The notes under the pieces are model-generated. The model was not told the DNA's origin, did no database searches, and worked only from the letters and a program-made list of their open reading frames with translations. 64,000 nt of DNA from the NCBI RefSeq assembly GCF_009914755.1, contig NC_060930.1. One strand, 5' to 3'. Position numbers and translations under genes: made by a program. Position 1 is the first letter of the stretch. Every line of letters begins with the position of its first letter. This DNA comes from the human T2T-CHM13v2.0 reference genome, Homo sapiens. Positions 44,976-62,468 of the stretch are shown here, piece after piece.

Positions 44976-46434
44976 TTTCTCCAGCCCCGTCCACTCATTG
45001 TGTCACCTGCCTGCAAGCTCTAGAAACCCCCACAGAGGAAGAGTCTTAAGTATTCTCAGACATATGTCTACATTCCTTCCAAAACTCTCTTTGTTTCTGA
45101 GTTCCTTCAGTAGTTTTTACTCCATCAAAAAGAAAGACTCAGTGAGGTGCTCTAGGGTTTTTAAGATCTATTTTCAGTCCCTTGTTATCAATGAGATTGT
45201 GTCCCCACCTCTGGGCTCCCTGTAGGCAGTAGCAACAGAAACAGGTGCAGAGCAGGGCCAGAGCCTCAGTCTTGGGGCAGAAAAGGGCACAAGGAAGAGA
45301 AGAGGAGCTAAAATTGTATGTATCCACTTGGCATCAGGGGCTTCCCTTTGGCTCACTTAAGCACCACTCCAGCACCATCACCCCCATTTGTAGAAAATGG
45401 GGAACTAAGGCTTAGAGATTATGATTGCCCAAGGTCAGAGATATGTGCAGATCCAGGGTGCAAATTCAGTTCTGTGGTCCCAAAGCCCCGTGTTTTCCAT
45501 TTTTCACATGAGTGGAATGGGGGATAGGATGAAACGACTGAGCCTCAGAACTACCAGATGGGTTAATAAAGGAAGTGCCAACCCCTCAGGCTCCGCCCCC
45601 AGCAGACCCCAGCATTGTATTGAGAAGATTTGGGAAATCAATGAAAGGAGGGCAGAGTCTAGAGCTTGAAGATGAAAGAACTGGAAAGCAAGAAGGGCTG
45701 GAGGCTTGACATGGGAGAACACAGTGGCTCTTCTCTTTGAAGACGAATAGCTGGTTGCTCCATATCCATGGCAGTGAACCTGCTGGGACAACTGAAAGAT
45801 TATTATCGAGAAAGAGAGAGGATGGGGAAACCAGCCATTATAGTGCTGGGGTTCCTACAGGATTCCCACAGCTGAATAAAGGAAGTCCTCCCAGGGCCCC
45901 AGCCTTCCGCAAGTGGGCACCTCTCATCTCAGCCAAAGGAACCAGGCAGTGATGGGCATGCCACATACTCCACTTCCATGAACCTAGGTGCCAGCAGGAA
46001 AGCCACTGCGGGATCACATTAACCCCACCTCCTGCAGCCTAGGAACGCATGTCCTTGGAGGGATAAAAACACCTAGAGTGGCCAAAGCCTGCCCAAGAAA
46101 GGAAAGCAGCCCAGTGCTCCATGCTTCCTCCCCAAGAAACAAGAGATCCTCCTGCTTCAGCCAGAAGCAGAGGGAAACAATCAGCTTATGAGAACCCCAT
46201 CTGCTGCTGGTGTGGCCTAACAGAGGCAATAAACCCCTCCTGCAGCCAGGAGGCAAACCAGCTCCAGGGCTCCACCCACAGCAGGTGGTAAACATGATTA
46301 ACGTGCTACTGCCCAGAGCACTTTCACCTGCACCAGCTCCAATGGTAGACGCAGTCTGTGCCAAGGCCCAGGGAGTGGTGGGAAGATGGTAATCGTAAAA
46401 ACTGACAAGTAACCTACAGTGCAATAATTGAGTG

Positions 46435-46985
46435 TTTGTGTGTTTGGGGGAGGAAAGGTAGTAGAGATGTGTGATTTTGGGGAGCTGCCCAGCCCCTGAA
46501 TCTCCTTGCTGTGATTGGGAAATTTCCCACCTGAGAGTCTTGGTGGGTGGTACAGCCTCCCCCCATAGAAGGCACGCCAGCTGTTTGCTTTCCCAGAAGC
46601 CTTTGCAGCAAAGCCATGGGCACACAGCCAGGCTTGGCCAACCAGGGACACCACTCTGGCCTGGTACATGAGAATGGAGGAAGGTGGAGATCTGTGCTGG
46701 CAGTGGGGGTAGCAGCATCTAGTTTCTAGGGCTGTGATGCCCGTGATGCAATGACGGCTTCTATCACCCAGCACCAGCACCACTGCAAGCAACCGACTCT
46801 GTCTACACCTGATGGGTTCTCTGGTGTGATCTGGACTGTGGTTGCAGCTGCCAAGCCTTTCTTTGTTCCTTGTGTTTCTCAAGCTGACTTCCCCAGCCTC
46901 TCATACATTTCCGTGAGGAACTAAGGTCCTTTCAAATAATTCCCTTCTGCTAAAATCAGCCAGGTAGTTTCTGTTGTTGGCAATT
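46435..46985 (+). mobile_element. ERVL-type LTR (LTR33/LTR16-like)
   Basis: 3' end aaataattcccttctgctaaaatcagccaggtagtttctgttgttggcaa is typical of this group. Confidence 0.55.
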
Positions 46986-49148
46986 TAAATGCCTCTTGAG
47001 TACAACAGGTTTCCAAGCTTTCTGGACCCCTTTCTGAAAAGATTGATTTGGACATGGAGGAAGCTCTGAGTGCCTATTAGTAAAGCAGCCCAAGATCTAG
47101 TGTGATTTGTCAGACAGGGAAGTGAAATGAGGGTCAGGGGACGTGGATTGAAATTCTCACCTGGCATTTGCAAGCCATGTGGCCCAAAGAAGCTTAGTTC
47201 ACTTACCTGTAAAACTGGAATAATAACACCTTCTTCAACAGGCTGCTTTGAGGATGAAAGGACAGATGGGCACTGTCCTGACCCATGAAAAGTGCTCATA
47301 AATGTCTGCTCAAGTCAATAACAGACCCAAATAAAAACTACACAGGTCAGCTCTTAGAGCTGCAAGAATTCAAAACAAGTTGGTGGCAGGGAGGTAAGTG
47401 CGTGGCAGCACAGGGGATGGGAAAGATACAGACTCAAAAGCTACGTGGGTTCTAGATCTGGCTTTGCCACTCATTCCATTCCGTCTGTGAAACAGAGCTG
47501 ATATCTGGTCCTGCCAGCTTTGTTAAGACTGCTGACAGTATGAAATGAATAGTATATGGGAAAGTTTGTGGAAGGAATAGGCCTACTGCAAGAAGAAAGT
47601 TATTACTGAGATGTAGTTACAAATAAAACCAAAGAATACACTTACTGTAGGGCTCTCTTCCAGGGATCCCTGGGCAGATGCTCTTATGAATGAAAACAAA
47701 ATGCAAAACTGCAGCCCCCAGATCTGCCCACGTGAATATCATGATGGGGTGCTGGCGGGAGCAGCTTAGCGAATGTCAAGTTCAATTTATGACATACACA
47801 CACCCCTGGCGGAGACTTGTGTTGGCATTGCTGGCTGGCTGGGGTGGCCACAGGGAGTCAAGGCTGGAAAAATGGAGGGTAGAGGTTGCCTGAGCACTTA
47901 GCTACACACATTATTAACTGCTCCCAGGAAATAAGGAAGGCTTAGCTAGCTATGCAAGGCTGTAGATTAAAACTCCTCTTTCCAAATCACAAAACCTCAC
48001 TTTTGGTTGCAAGCTGATATTTTCATAGGTCTATGCTACCATCCTCACTAGGCTGAGGATCGCTGGGAAATTCGTCTTATCAACAGAGCTCAGAAACCTC
48101 AGAAATGGGCAAGGTGAGACACAGAAGTGGGGAGTGTAAGGGAATGTTTACAAAGCATCTGACCCCAGATTGCCCAGGCTTCCTCCTGCAGCCCAGAAGC
48201 CAGCAGATTTCTTCCCTCCTACAACCTCTTATCTCCAAGGGACAGTGCTTAATGTTTCACCTAGGGACCCAATGACAACCACTGAGCTGAATGAGATGGG
48301 GGTTTCAGCAAGCCCAGCTATCCAAGGCTGAAAGGCTGAAATACTGCTCACTCCTGGGGGTGGAGAGCAGTCATGCTGCCCCTGGTGCTGGCTGGGCTGA
48401 GTCCTGGTGCTTTGTTTTCTTTTGCAACAATATGCAAAAATAATGCAGACTGTTTTTGAAGACAGAAACCCAGTTGGCAAGAACTCCCAGAAAACTGGGT
48501 GCACCTGAATCTGTGTTGGCCCCAGCAACACTCATTCAAAATCTGAAAAGCTGGAAGCCCACAGCCTGCTTGGTGATGTCAGGTGGCAGCAGCCCCATTT
48601 TACAGACAAGGAAATGGGCTAGGAGTTAAGTTTTCATATTTTCTCTTCCACCTAATACAGTGAGGCCCTAGAAGAGGCCAGGATACAGGTAATAAAGGCT
48701 CCAGCCCCTGAGAAAAGGGTCCCAGCGGAGCTGAAAAGGTTCCCTTCTACATCCTGGGGATGCTTCCATATGGAAAGGACTCACTGATTCCCAGGAAAGG
48801 GTTCTGCATGGACACAGTGCTGGAACAAGTCTGGCCTGGGGCTCCTGGACAATCAGCCACTCATCACATTTGCACAGGACTTGGGTGGAGCATGTGGGAG
48901 ATGTCTAGATGTCTCAGACACTGCAATGCCCTAAAGGTGTGTCAGATGCAGAGAACAAGGACAGAGGCCCAAGTGTGGCTTGCTTTGTGCTCCAGTGGGA
49001 AGGGGTGTGGACAGGTGGTTTATCCCCTCCCCTCCTCCTCCCCCAAGCCCTCAGCCACCCTCCTCTCATGAACACCTCCTCCTGAGACAGGTCACCATGC
49101 TCAATCACACTGAAGTCTAAAAGTGCCCCCTGGAGTAAGAGAAATAAA

Positions 49149-49157
49149 ACACACACG

Positions 49158-49203
<46 letters not shown>
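49149..49203. repeat. (CA)n(CG)5(CA)n alternating purine-pyrimidine tract
   Basis: acacacacgcgcgcgcgcacacac... Confidence 0.95.
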
Positions 49204-49207
<4 letters not shown>

Positions 49208-49494
49208 TGCTGACTGAAGCAGTAACTACCACCAAGTACCTGCGAAGTGCTTTGTAGGAATCATCTCACTGAATCCTCCCAAAACCTGAAGAGGTTATTG
49301 TCCTTCCAATTTCACACACAAAGCCAAACCCTCAAGAGTCAAGGCCCAAGTTCACATCCTAGTAAGTGGTTGAGCCAGGATCCAAACCCCCATAATCTGG
49401 CTCTGTGTATCTGTGCTTATCTTGATTATAATATATTACAATATTGAATGCAATCTGGCAGCCAGTCAAATATGATGGTGAAGAAATCATGTTG

Positions 49495-49860
49495 TGATAT
49501 GGTCTGGCTGTGTCCCCACCCAAATCTCATCTTGAACTGTAGCTCTCATAATTCCCAGGTATCATGGGAGGGACCCAGTGGGAGGTAATTGAATCATGGG
49601 GGGGGGGGTTCTTTTCCATGCTGTTCTCATGATAATGTACAAATCTCATGAGATCTGATGGTTTTATAAAGAGAAGTTCCCCTGCACTCACTCTCTTGCC
49701 TGCCACCATGTAAGATGTGACTTTGCTTCTCCTTCACCTTCCACCGTGATTGTGAGGCCTCCCCAGACATGTGATACTGTAAGTCAATAAACCTCTTTCC
49801 TTTATAAATTACTCAGTCTCAGGTATGTCTTTATTAGCAGTGTGAGAACAGACTAATACA
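49495..49860 (+). mobile_element. THE1 solo LTR
   Basis: tgatatggtctggctgtgtccccacccaaatctc...gaacagactaataca; 5-bp TSD tgttg/agttg. Confidence 0.92.
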
Positions 49861-49914
49861 AGTTGGAATTGTGGATTTTCATGTAACCATTTAACCCCAC
49901 AGACTTTTAAAAAA

Positions 49915-50424
49915 AAATTTTATTTTAAGTTCCAGGGTACATGTGCAGAATGTGCAGGTTTGTTACATAGGTAAATGTGTGTCATGGTGGTTTGCTGAGC
50001 CTATCAACTCATCGCCTAGGTATTAAGCCCAGCATGCATTAGCTATTTTTCCTAATGCTCTCCCTCCCCCAACCCTACTCCCCAACAGGCCCCAGTGTGT
50101 GTTGTTCCCCTTCCTGTGTCCATGTGTTCTCATTGTTCAGCTCCCACTTATAAGTGAAAACATGCAGTGTTTGGTTTTCTGTTCCTGTGTTAGTTTGCTG
50201 AGGATAATGGCTTCCAGCTCCATCCATGTCCCTGCAAAGGACATGATCTCATTCCTTTTTATGGCTACATAGTATTCGAAGGTGTATATGTACCACATTT
50301 TCTTTATCTAGTTTATCACTGATGGGTATTTGGGTTGATTCCATGTCTTTGCTATTGTGAACAGTGCTGCAATGAACATATGCATGCATGTATCTTTGTA
50401 ATAGAATGATTTATATTCCTTTGT
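49915..50424 (-). mobile_element. L1PA/PB 3' end, 5' truncated
   Basis: ttttaagttccagggtacatgtgcag...; degenerate TSD aaccccacagac/aatcccacaaac. Confidence 0.9.
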
Positions 50425-50865
50425 AATCCCACAAACATTTATTAAGAACCTACTGGAGAAAAGATGGGGGGTCACCCAGGTTGCCATCAAATCTTGTATT
50501 TTCCACAACTACTTTCTGTGCTTTAGAACCATGGTTCCCAACCTAAGGCATCCAGAGGTCCCATGGTGAACTCAGGGTAACTGCAGTGTGTTTTGAAATT
50601 TAGAGGGAAACATTCTGTTACTTGACATCTATTGGATACTGCAGGAACTGCTAACTGGAGAAAGTTCCCAGTTTCAACACTGAGTTACACAAGATTCCTT
50701 TCAGTGACAGCCTATCTCTGTGAAGCTGAGTTTTTGGCAGTTGCTGTGATTAGAACAAACATACACTAGGAAAAAATCAAGGTGTGGGATGGAACTGTGG
50801 GTGGCAGAGTTCTATCTGATTCCAAGTTTGAGAAGTGCAGTGCCCCATAGGCATACACATCTCAT

Positions 50866-51156
50866 TGTTAAAATAATTAATGGGAAGGCCATTAGGCTGA
50901 GATGGCTCTCACGCCTTGGGTTTCTATGTAAGCAAATCAAAACCCAACCCTATGTAAACAGTAAAATGAAACTGAAGCTTAACCAATTAGAAATGCCAAC
51001 TAACATCTAATAGGGACTTTCCACTTTGACTTGCTTCTTCACACCCCTGGGTGGAGCACTGAACCACTTTTGGTCTGGTACTGCTGGACTCATGAATTGC
51101 TGAATGTTCAAGTAAGCGCTTTAAAATGTTAATGGGCCTACATTTATTTTTTAACA
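50866..51156 (+). mobile_element. ERV1 solo LTR (MER57-like), internally deleted
   Basis: TGTTAAAATAATTAATGGGAAGGCCATTAGGCTGAG...ttttTTAACA; 4-bp TSD tcat/ccat. Confidence 0.75.
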
Positions 51157-51192
51157 CCATTAACACTGTGATTAAGAACAAAATAAACATAT

Positions 51193-51515
51193 TGGTACTG
51201 CGCAGTGGCTCACGTCTGTAAATCCTAACACTTTGGGAGGCCGAGGCAGGTGGATCACCCGAGGTCAGGAGTTCAAGAGCAGCCTGGCCAACATGGCAAA
51301 ACTCCGTCTCTACTAAAAATACAAAAATTAGCTGGGTATGGTGGCATGCGCCTATAAGCCCAGCTACTCAGGAGGCTGAGGCAGGAGAATCACTTGAACC
51401 CGGGGATGGAGGTTGCAGTGAGCCGAGATCACGCCACTTCACTCCAGCCTGGGTGACAGAGTGAGACTCCATCTCAAAAACTAAGCTAAACTAAACTAAA
51501 CTAAAATAAAACAAA
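51193..51515 (+). mobile_element. AluS with (AAACT)n tail
   Basis: Full Alu. Confidence 0.92.
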
Positions 51516-53309
51516 AATGTTTTTACTCTTTCGATTTATGAGTTATTTTTTAAAGCACCTGCTAAGTTATTAGGATTAATACTTATTGTTTGGACTTAGT
51601 CACTTACTCTATGAACTCGTGAAGTCTTTCTTTTGGCCTAGGAGCACCATCAAGAAAATTGCTGAGACATTAAAGGCACTGTGCATGGAAAATGTTTGGA
51701 CACCTCTATTCCAGAATGTCTGCGTCCTCCTACTCCCAACCATAATTATAAGTTCCTGAAACGTAGGAGCCTTCTCATACTGGTCAATACTTTGGTGTCT
51801 CCTCTGCATACTTCACTTGCTGTAGAGACTTTTTAGTACTCGTTGATGATTTACAACAGAATGTGGCCATGAGAGGCCCTCAATGATCCACAGCAGCACA
51901 GCGAGGTTTGAGTGATTACAGGGAGACCACTGACACGCTAACTCGCCGGTTCCACAGGCTGGGAGGCAGAGATGCGCACAGTGCCTTTCTGACCTCGAGA
52001 GTAAATCCATTTTTCTGAGCTCTCTGATGCACTGTAAAATAATCAATTGCCTCTTAAAGGGCTTTTGCGTACAAATGAAGATAGAAAATTTAGGTATAAA
52101 TCAGTTTAAACTCCTCTGGATTTAGCAGACTTCCTTGCCCATGAGGTTGGGGCTCCGTTTTATTGAAGCTTGAATCTATTATCATTTCATCTATTTAGAT
52201 GGTTGTTTCCATTCTCAAAAGGCAGACTCACAGATCCAGAAGGCAGAGACCCTTAGGTCACAGGGGAGGATTAGCTGGTGGCAGCAGAGTTCAAGTTCCA
52301 GCCCCCTGGGGTATCTCCCAGCTGTACCCTACAATGAGAGTTGCAGGCCTGTCTTCTGTATCTGCTCAGTAACCGGGAGAGTGCAGATAACCTGGTTGCT
52401 TGGCAACCACTGCCATCCAATACTGGGGCCAGCAGAGGAGGTGTGTGTCCGGTGTGAGGTTGACAGTCTAATCTCGGGCGTGTGCCAGCCTTCCGTGTAG
52501 GTATCTCAAGACAGGACAGGCAGGAGAGATTCCACCCAGGTACCTGCCCCCATGGAGCTCTGGTCCTACTAAACTGCAAGATGACATCTGTAACATAAAA
52601 GTACCATTGGGAACCATGTGACATACTTAATGGAACTGTCATTCAACACTGGTAAATAGTTATGGTGGGAGCCTCCCTTAAAGACCAACCAATCTGCAAC
52701 AAGGAGTAGTGGCTGTTCTGCTGGGGCTGTGGACAGAAGATAGGAATGTGGGTCCAAAGAGAACTCTTGTCCTATATTTTTGCCAGACAAGAGAAGAAAA
52801 TCACAGAATCATTTTTCTGCTTTCTCAGTGCAGTAAGACAAGCCAATCATCAAGGGTTTTATGAGTAGAACTTGCCAAATTATTCTGTTAGCTCATTGAG
52901 CAACTTTTGTATGCAGGTTAATTTCTACTTGAAGAATAAAAAGAAATGTAAGTATTTATTTAAATAGAGTATAAGTGAGGTATAGGTAAAATACAGTGAC
53001 TAAAACAAAGCTACCTGCCTTCTTCAAGGGCTTAAAGCCCACAGAATGTACTCTGTGGAAGTCAAAGCACTTATAGAGTACATTAAATCCCAACTTCTAA
53101 GGATAAAGCCAGTGAATTATTCCCCTTCAGTTCCCTCTCTGCTCTACAAAAAAGTACTCAGCACAGAAAAAGTACTCAGGTCTAAGCAATTCTCTTCTCC
53201 TTTAGATTTCCTTTCACTCCGTCTTTCCCTCAATCACCAGCTTATAAGACTCCATGACTCCATTCCCTTATCCTATCTGTTGCCCCAGGCCAGGGAGTTT
53301 GGGTAATTC

Positions 53310-53437
53310 CTTTTTTTTTTTTTTTTTTGAGACAGAGTTTTGCTCTTGTTGCCCAGGCTAGAGTGCAATGGCACTATCTAGGCTCACCACAAACTCTACC
53401 TCCCAGGTTCAAGCGATTCTCCTGCCTCCGCTTCCCA
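53310..53437 (-). mobile_element. Truncated Alu (right-arm 3' part)
   Basis: poly-T followed by gagacagagttttgctcttgttgcccaggct... Confidence 0.85.
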
Positions 53438-54514
53438 AATTACTTTATTTTTTTTAAACAACAGCCTCAGTGTTCAGAATCCTCGGTTCCCTTGTATTTC
53501 CAGATCCTAAAGGATCATGATGTCGAGTTGTTCTAAGGAGCCTCCTATCCGTCAGGTCCAAATCCCCCTTTTCATTTATAAGCAAGCAAACTGATACACC
53601 TGTGCACTAGATACACACCGCGTAGGTGAAAGCTGACTCCAGGTAGCACCTGGCCTGACTGTGAAGGAATCTCGCGTACTTCGGAGGACATGCGGCTGTC
53701 CCTGCCAGCAGCCAGCAGCCAGCGTCAGCAGAAGTGCCACTTGCCTGGGCAGACAGGTGGGCTAACGTTTGGGGCAGAATGTCTTCTTCCCAGCCATCAT
53801 TGGCTCCTGCACCAGTGAACACCAGCTGCCCACAAAGCTCTGCTCCCCAACGATCCTCATTCTGCCATTCTTCCTGGGGGCTTTCAATGGGTGGTGCTCA
53901 CCTCAACACACACCTTTACTTTCAGAGGCTGAATAATCAGCATATATGGGCATGTGGCAGGTGTAGACTTCATGTGCACCCCTGGTCTCGTGTCCCAGTC
54001 CTGACTCAGCCACCATCTGTGTGGCCTTGGGCACCATTTCCTCATTGGCAAAGCGAGATGGGACTACAACAGCTGTTCTGAAGCGTTTCTGAGGAACACC
54101 GGCCCTACAGGGGGTTCAAGATTGTGCCATGCATTAAAAACAGAAGCTAGGGTCAAGAAGTTTGGGAAATGCTGGTGAAAAATGTTAAAAAGCATCAATT
54201 CTGCATTCCATCCTCATTACCAGCCTCCATCTCATTTCTCAGAGTCCCAGGATAGATGATTAGACCAACGATATCCTCGCCTAATAGGTGTACTTCTGTG
54301 TGCTTCTGTTTTGATAGTTTTTGAAGAAATTTTAAACACTCAGTTACATAGGCATACACACAAGAAACTGAAATTGCAAGCAGCTTTCCCACATGGAAGA
54401 GGCTTCTCTAATGCAGCACAGTATTAATACTTCTCAGAGCCATTAATGTTTACATGAGCATCCAAGCAGCAACATAGAGCAATGCCCAGATAATCTGACA
54501 ACTCCTTTTCATAG

Positions 54515-57024
<2,510 letters not shown>

Positions 57025-57371
57025 TCTAACGCCCCTTTCCAAACTACCATATTATTAATATTTTCCAAATACTGACACATACACACCCCTTCTGTTTAGA
57101 ACTTAATCTTTGCCATTGCCCATGATATGCATTTTTTACTTTCCCATGTTTACCATGATTTACCTCACCAAAAGGACCCCCTGCATTTCCTCTGCTCAGT
57201 CATCAAGTTCAAACAAGTTCAGCCCCCCGTGCACATTCCCACCTTCCCTCCTTTGCTACCTGCCTCTCCAGTCCCCATTGTGCCACTCTTCTCCAAGGTC
57301 CAACTTAAGTCCCACCACCTCTGGGACATCCCCCCTGAGGACCCCAAGCCTTGTGTATCTCTCCTTCTCTA

Positions 57372-57983
<612 letters not shown>

Positions 57984-57998
57984 AGAAAGAAAGACAGG

Positions 57999-58030
<32 letters not shown>

Positions 58031-58083
58031 AAGGAAGGAAGGAAGGAAGGAAGGAAGGAAGGAAGGAAGGAAGGAAGGAAGGA
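57984..58083. repeat. Polypurine (GA)n + (GGAA)12 microsatellite
   Basis: GGAA x12 at 58033-58080. Confidence 0.95.
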
Positions 58084-58523
58084 TAATAACAGTATCTACC
58101 TCAAAAGGTTGTTATGAGGGCTGCATGAGGCAATGCATGCAAGCTACTTAGCACAGTGCCTGGCACAGGAAGTGCCGAATAAACACTAGCTCAGCGGTTT
58201 TTAACCAGCTGCTGAAACCCTTGAGCACAACCAGGAATATCTATTTCTTGGTGTCCCCTACTGGCCCAGCGCAAAGACCATCTCCAATAAACCTCTGTTG
58301 CTTGAAGTTAGCGTAACAGGGAAAGGAAGAAAGAAGCCCAGAGAAGGAAAGTTTCACAGGACACTTAATTAAGATTTTCAAGGATATGATTGGTTATTTC
58401 ACAGTGGATGGTGAACATTCGATTTTTTTGTTTGAGTGAAGGTAGAAGGTGAGAAATGGACTTCAATTCCAGTAACCGTGGCTGGAATTATCTGACGGTG
58501 CTAGCTAGCTACCAAAACAGCTA

Positions 58524-58841
<318 letters not shown>

Positions 58842-58939
58842 TCAATTGAATAGGTAACAACTCCATTTTTTCTTTTCAAAAAGAGAAAAGAAAGCTTCAG
58901 TAGAGAATATCGGGAAAGGATGCCAGCAGGCGAGCCAGA

Positions 58940-59130
58940 CCAAGGGCTGAGTCTGACCTCAAAGCTCTACCACGTATCTGGACAAGTAACTTAATCTCCC
59001 TAATCCTCAATTTCCTCATCTGTTAAATGGGGATATAAGGGTATCGACTTCATTGGAGTGGTGAGAACCATCTTGAGAGCTTAGCACAGGGTCTGGGACA
59101 CAGTCCATGTTCAATCAATTCTACCGATGG
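58940..59130 (+). mobile_element. MIR
   Basis: ggacaagtaacttaatctcc...cctcaatttcctcatctgttaaatgggg. Confidence 0.8.
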
Positions 59131-59338
59131 TCATTTTGTTGTTGTTACCAATGGCTGTTGTGGGTTATTCTTTAAAACAGTTGATAAACAGTTACTTGTA
59201 GTAGACAGTTGGTGAACAGGCCTGCCCATGGCATAGCAGGGAACTACTCAAGGTTCTGAAATTTGTAGACCAGGGACTACTCTGGTAGACACGAGGAGAC
59301 AGCCCACTCCCTGTTGCCACACTAAGAGCTGCTTCCTA

Positions 59339-59620
59339 GGCTGGGTGCAGTGGCTCATGCCTGTAATCCCAGCTCAGGAGGCTGAGGTGGACAGATCCCT
59401 TGGCCCAGCAGTTCGAGACCAGCCTGGGCGACACAACAAGATGCCACCTCTACTAAAAAAATATGAAAATTAGCCAGGTGTGATGGTGTGCACCTGTGGT
59501 CCCAGCTACTTGGGAGGCTGAGACGGGAGGATCACTTGAGCACGGGAGGCAGAGGTTGCACTGCATGCCAGTCTGGGTGACAAAGCCAGACCCTATCTCA
59601 AAAAAAAAAAAAAAAAAAAG
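59339..59620 (+). mobile_element. AluJ with internal deletions
   Basis: Dimeric Alu missing short segments in both arms. Confidence 0.88.
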
Positions 59621-60028
59621 AAAAGAGAAAAAAGAAAATCTGTTTCCTCTGGTCAGTGTGTTTTGAATAGGTAACGACTCCTCCACCAAAAAATAAAAAG
59701 TTGTTCTTAATTACTTTTTTTTTTAATTTAAAAACTCAAGCACTGGTTGGCAGTATTGAAAAGAGTTTTGGTATTTCAAATATTTCAGCAAGTTTTTGTA
59801 TCACTACACTGGAGAAATGAGAGAGGAGGAGCCTGTCTTCAGCAGACCCTGTTGCTGTACCCTGATGGAGAGAGAGCCTGCAGGAGCTGGCCTGTAGCTG
59901 CTGCTGCAGATCCTCTCAGATAACTGACTCTTGTCATTTCATATTGTGAGAGAGGGGGTAAGCAGATGAGCCAGGTAGGTAGAAACAAAGAAGTCAGGAA
60001 GATTTCCAGAGAAGAAGAGAAATAAGAA

Positions 60029-60646
<618 letters not shown>

Positions 60647-60714
60647 GGAAAGAAGTAAGAAGATGGGACAGAAGCCTTTATAGTCATGCCCCTTCCCCTG
60701 CTTGCCATCCTTGT

Positions 60715-61383
60715 AGAAAGGACCACGGGCCAGTCCAGAGAGAACCTGCAGACACAGCAACAGGGCAGCTCCTGTAGAGCTCTCCATCACGGTACCATAA
60801 CAGGGGTTCCTGAAAACAGAGTCTCCTCCTCTCATTTCTCAAGTCTGGTGATAACAAAACTTGCTGAACTATTTCTTTTCAATAGTGCCAACCAGTGCTT
60901 GAGTTTTTAATTTTTAAAAAAATCATTGATTACAAACAACTGTTTTTTCAGAGAGGGAGTTGTTACCTATTCAGTTGATATGGACTCTACAAAATAGTAC
61001 ATTATTTTCCTTGGCCAATTTCTTTTTTCTTTTCTTTTTTTTTTTTTTTTTTTTTGAGACGGAGTTTCGCTCTGCCGCCCAGGCTGGAGTACAGTGGTGC
61101 GATCTCGGCTCACTGCAAGCTCCGCCTCCCGGGTTCGGCCACTCTCCTGCCTCAGCCTCCCGAGGAGGTGGGACTACAGGCGCCCGCCACCACGCCCGGC
61201 TAATTTTTTGTATTTTTAGTAGAGACGGGTTTCACCATGTTAGTCAGGATGGTCTCGATCTCCTGACCTTGTGATCCACCCACCTCGGCCTCCCAAAGTG
61301 CTGGGATTACAGGCGTGAGCCACTGTGCCTGGCTCCTTGGCCAATGTCTTAAATAATGTACAGTTATTGTGCAAGCTAGCTAA
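60715..61383 (-). repeat. Right arm of local inverted duplication
   Basis: 60956-61024 is the reverse complement of 58796-58864 (67/69); ~60715-60974 matches 59663-59940; 61338-61383 matches 58501-58546. Confidence 0.9.
61025..61334 (-). mobile_element. AluY, full length
   Basis: ctgcaagctccgcc, gggactacaggcgcccgcc, gatggtctcgatctcc; 16-bp TSD ccttggccaat(t/g)tctt (61009-61024, 61335-61350). Confidence 0.93.
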
Positions 61384-61634
61384 CTGATAAATAGACTCAT
61401 TTAAAAAGATGTACCTTGTTGTTAGTCACACATTATTTTTTTCATAATTTTATATAAAATTTGTACTTCAGATGAAAAAATGAGAAAGTTCTTCATGTAT
61501 TATATGACAAGTTAGACAAAAACAGGCAAGATGCAGAAGAATGTGCATGGTATACTATCATCTGTACAGAAAAAAGAATAAATATATATTTGCTTGAATT
61601 TATGTAGAATATCTCTCGGAAGGAACACTGATAA

Positions 61635-62468
<834 letters not shown>

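Larger units (their letters stand above)
50505..51600. mobile_element. Charlie-type DNA transposon relic interrupted by an LTR and an Alu
   Basis: ttttggcagttgctgtgat...tctgattccaagtttgagaag... Confidence 0.5.

Noticed and set aside
46014-46882. 234-aa and 194-aa minus-strand ORFs
   Set aside because: Overlap an old LTR, have no recognisable domain or codon bias; likely chance.
53590-53830. Locally CpG-rich stretch with a 71-aa minus-strand ORF (possible cryptic exon or pseudogene)
   Set aside because: No recognisable homology, splice-site pair, poly(A) tail or TSD.
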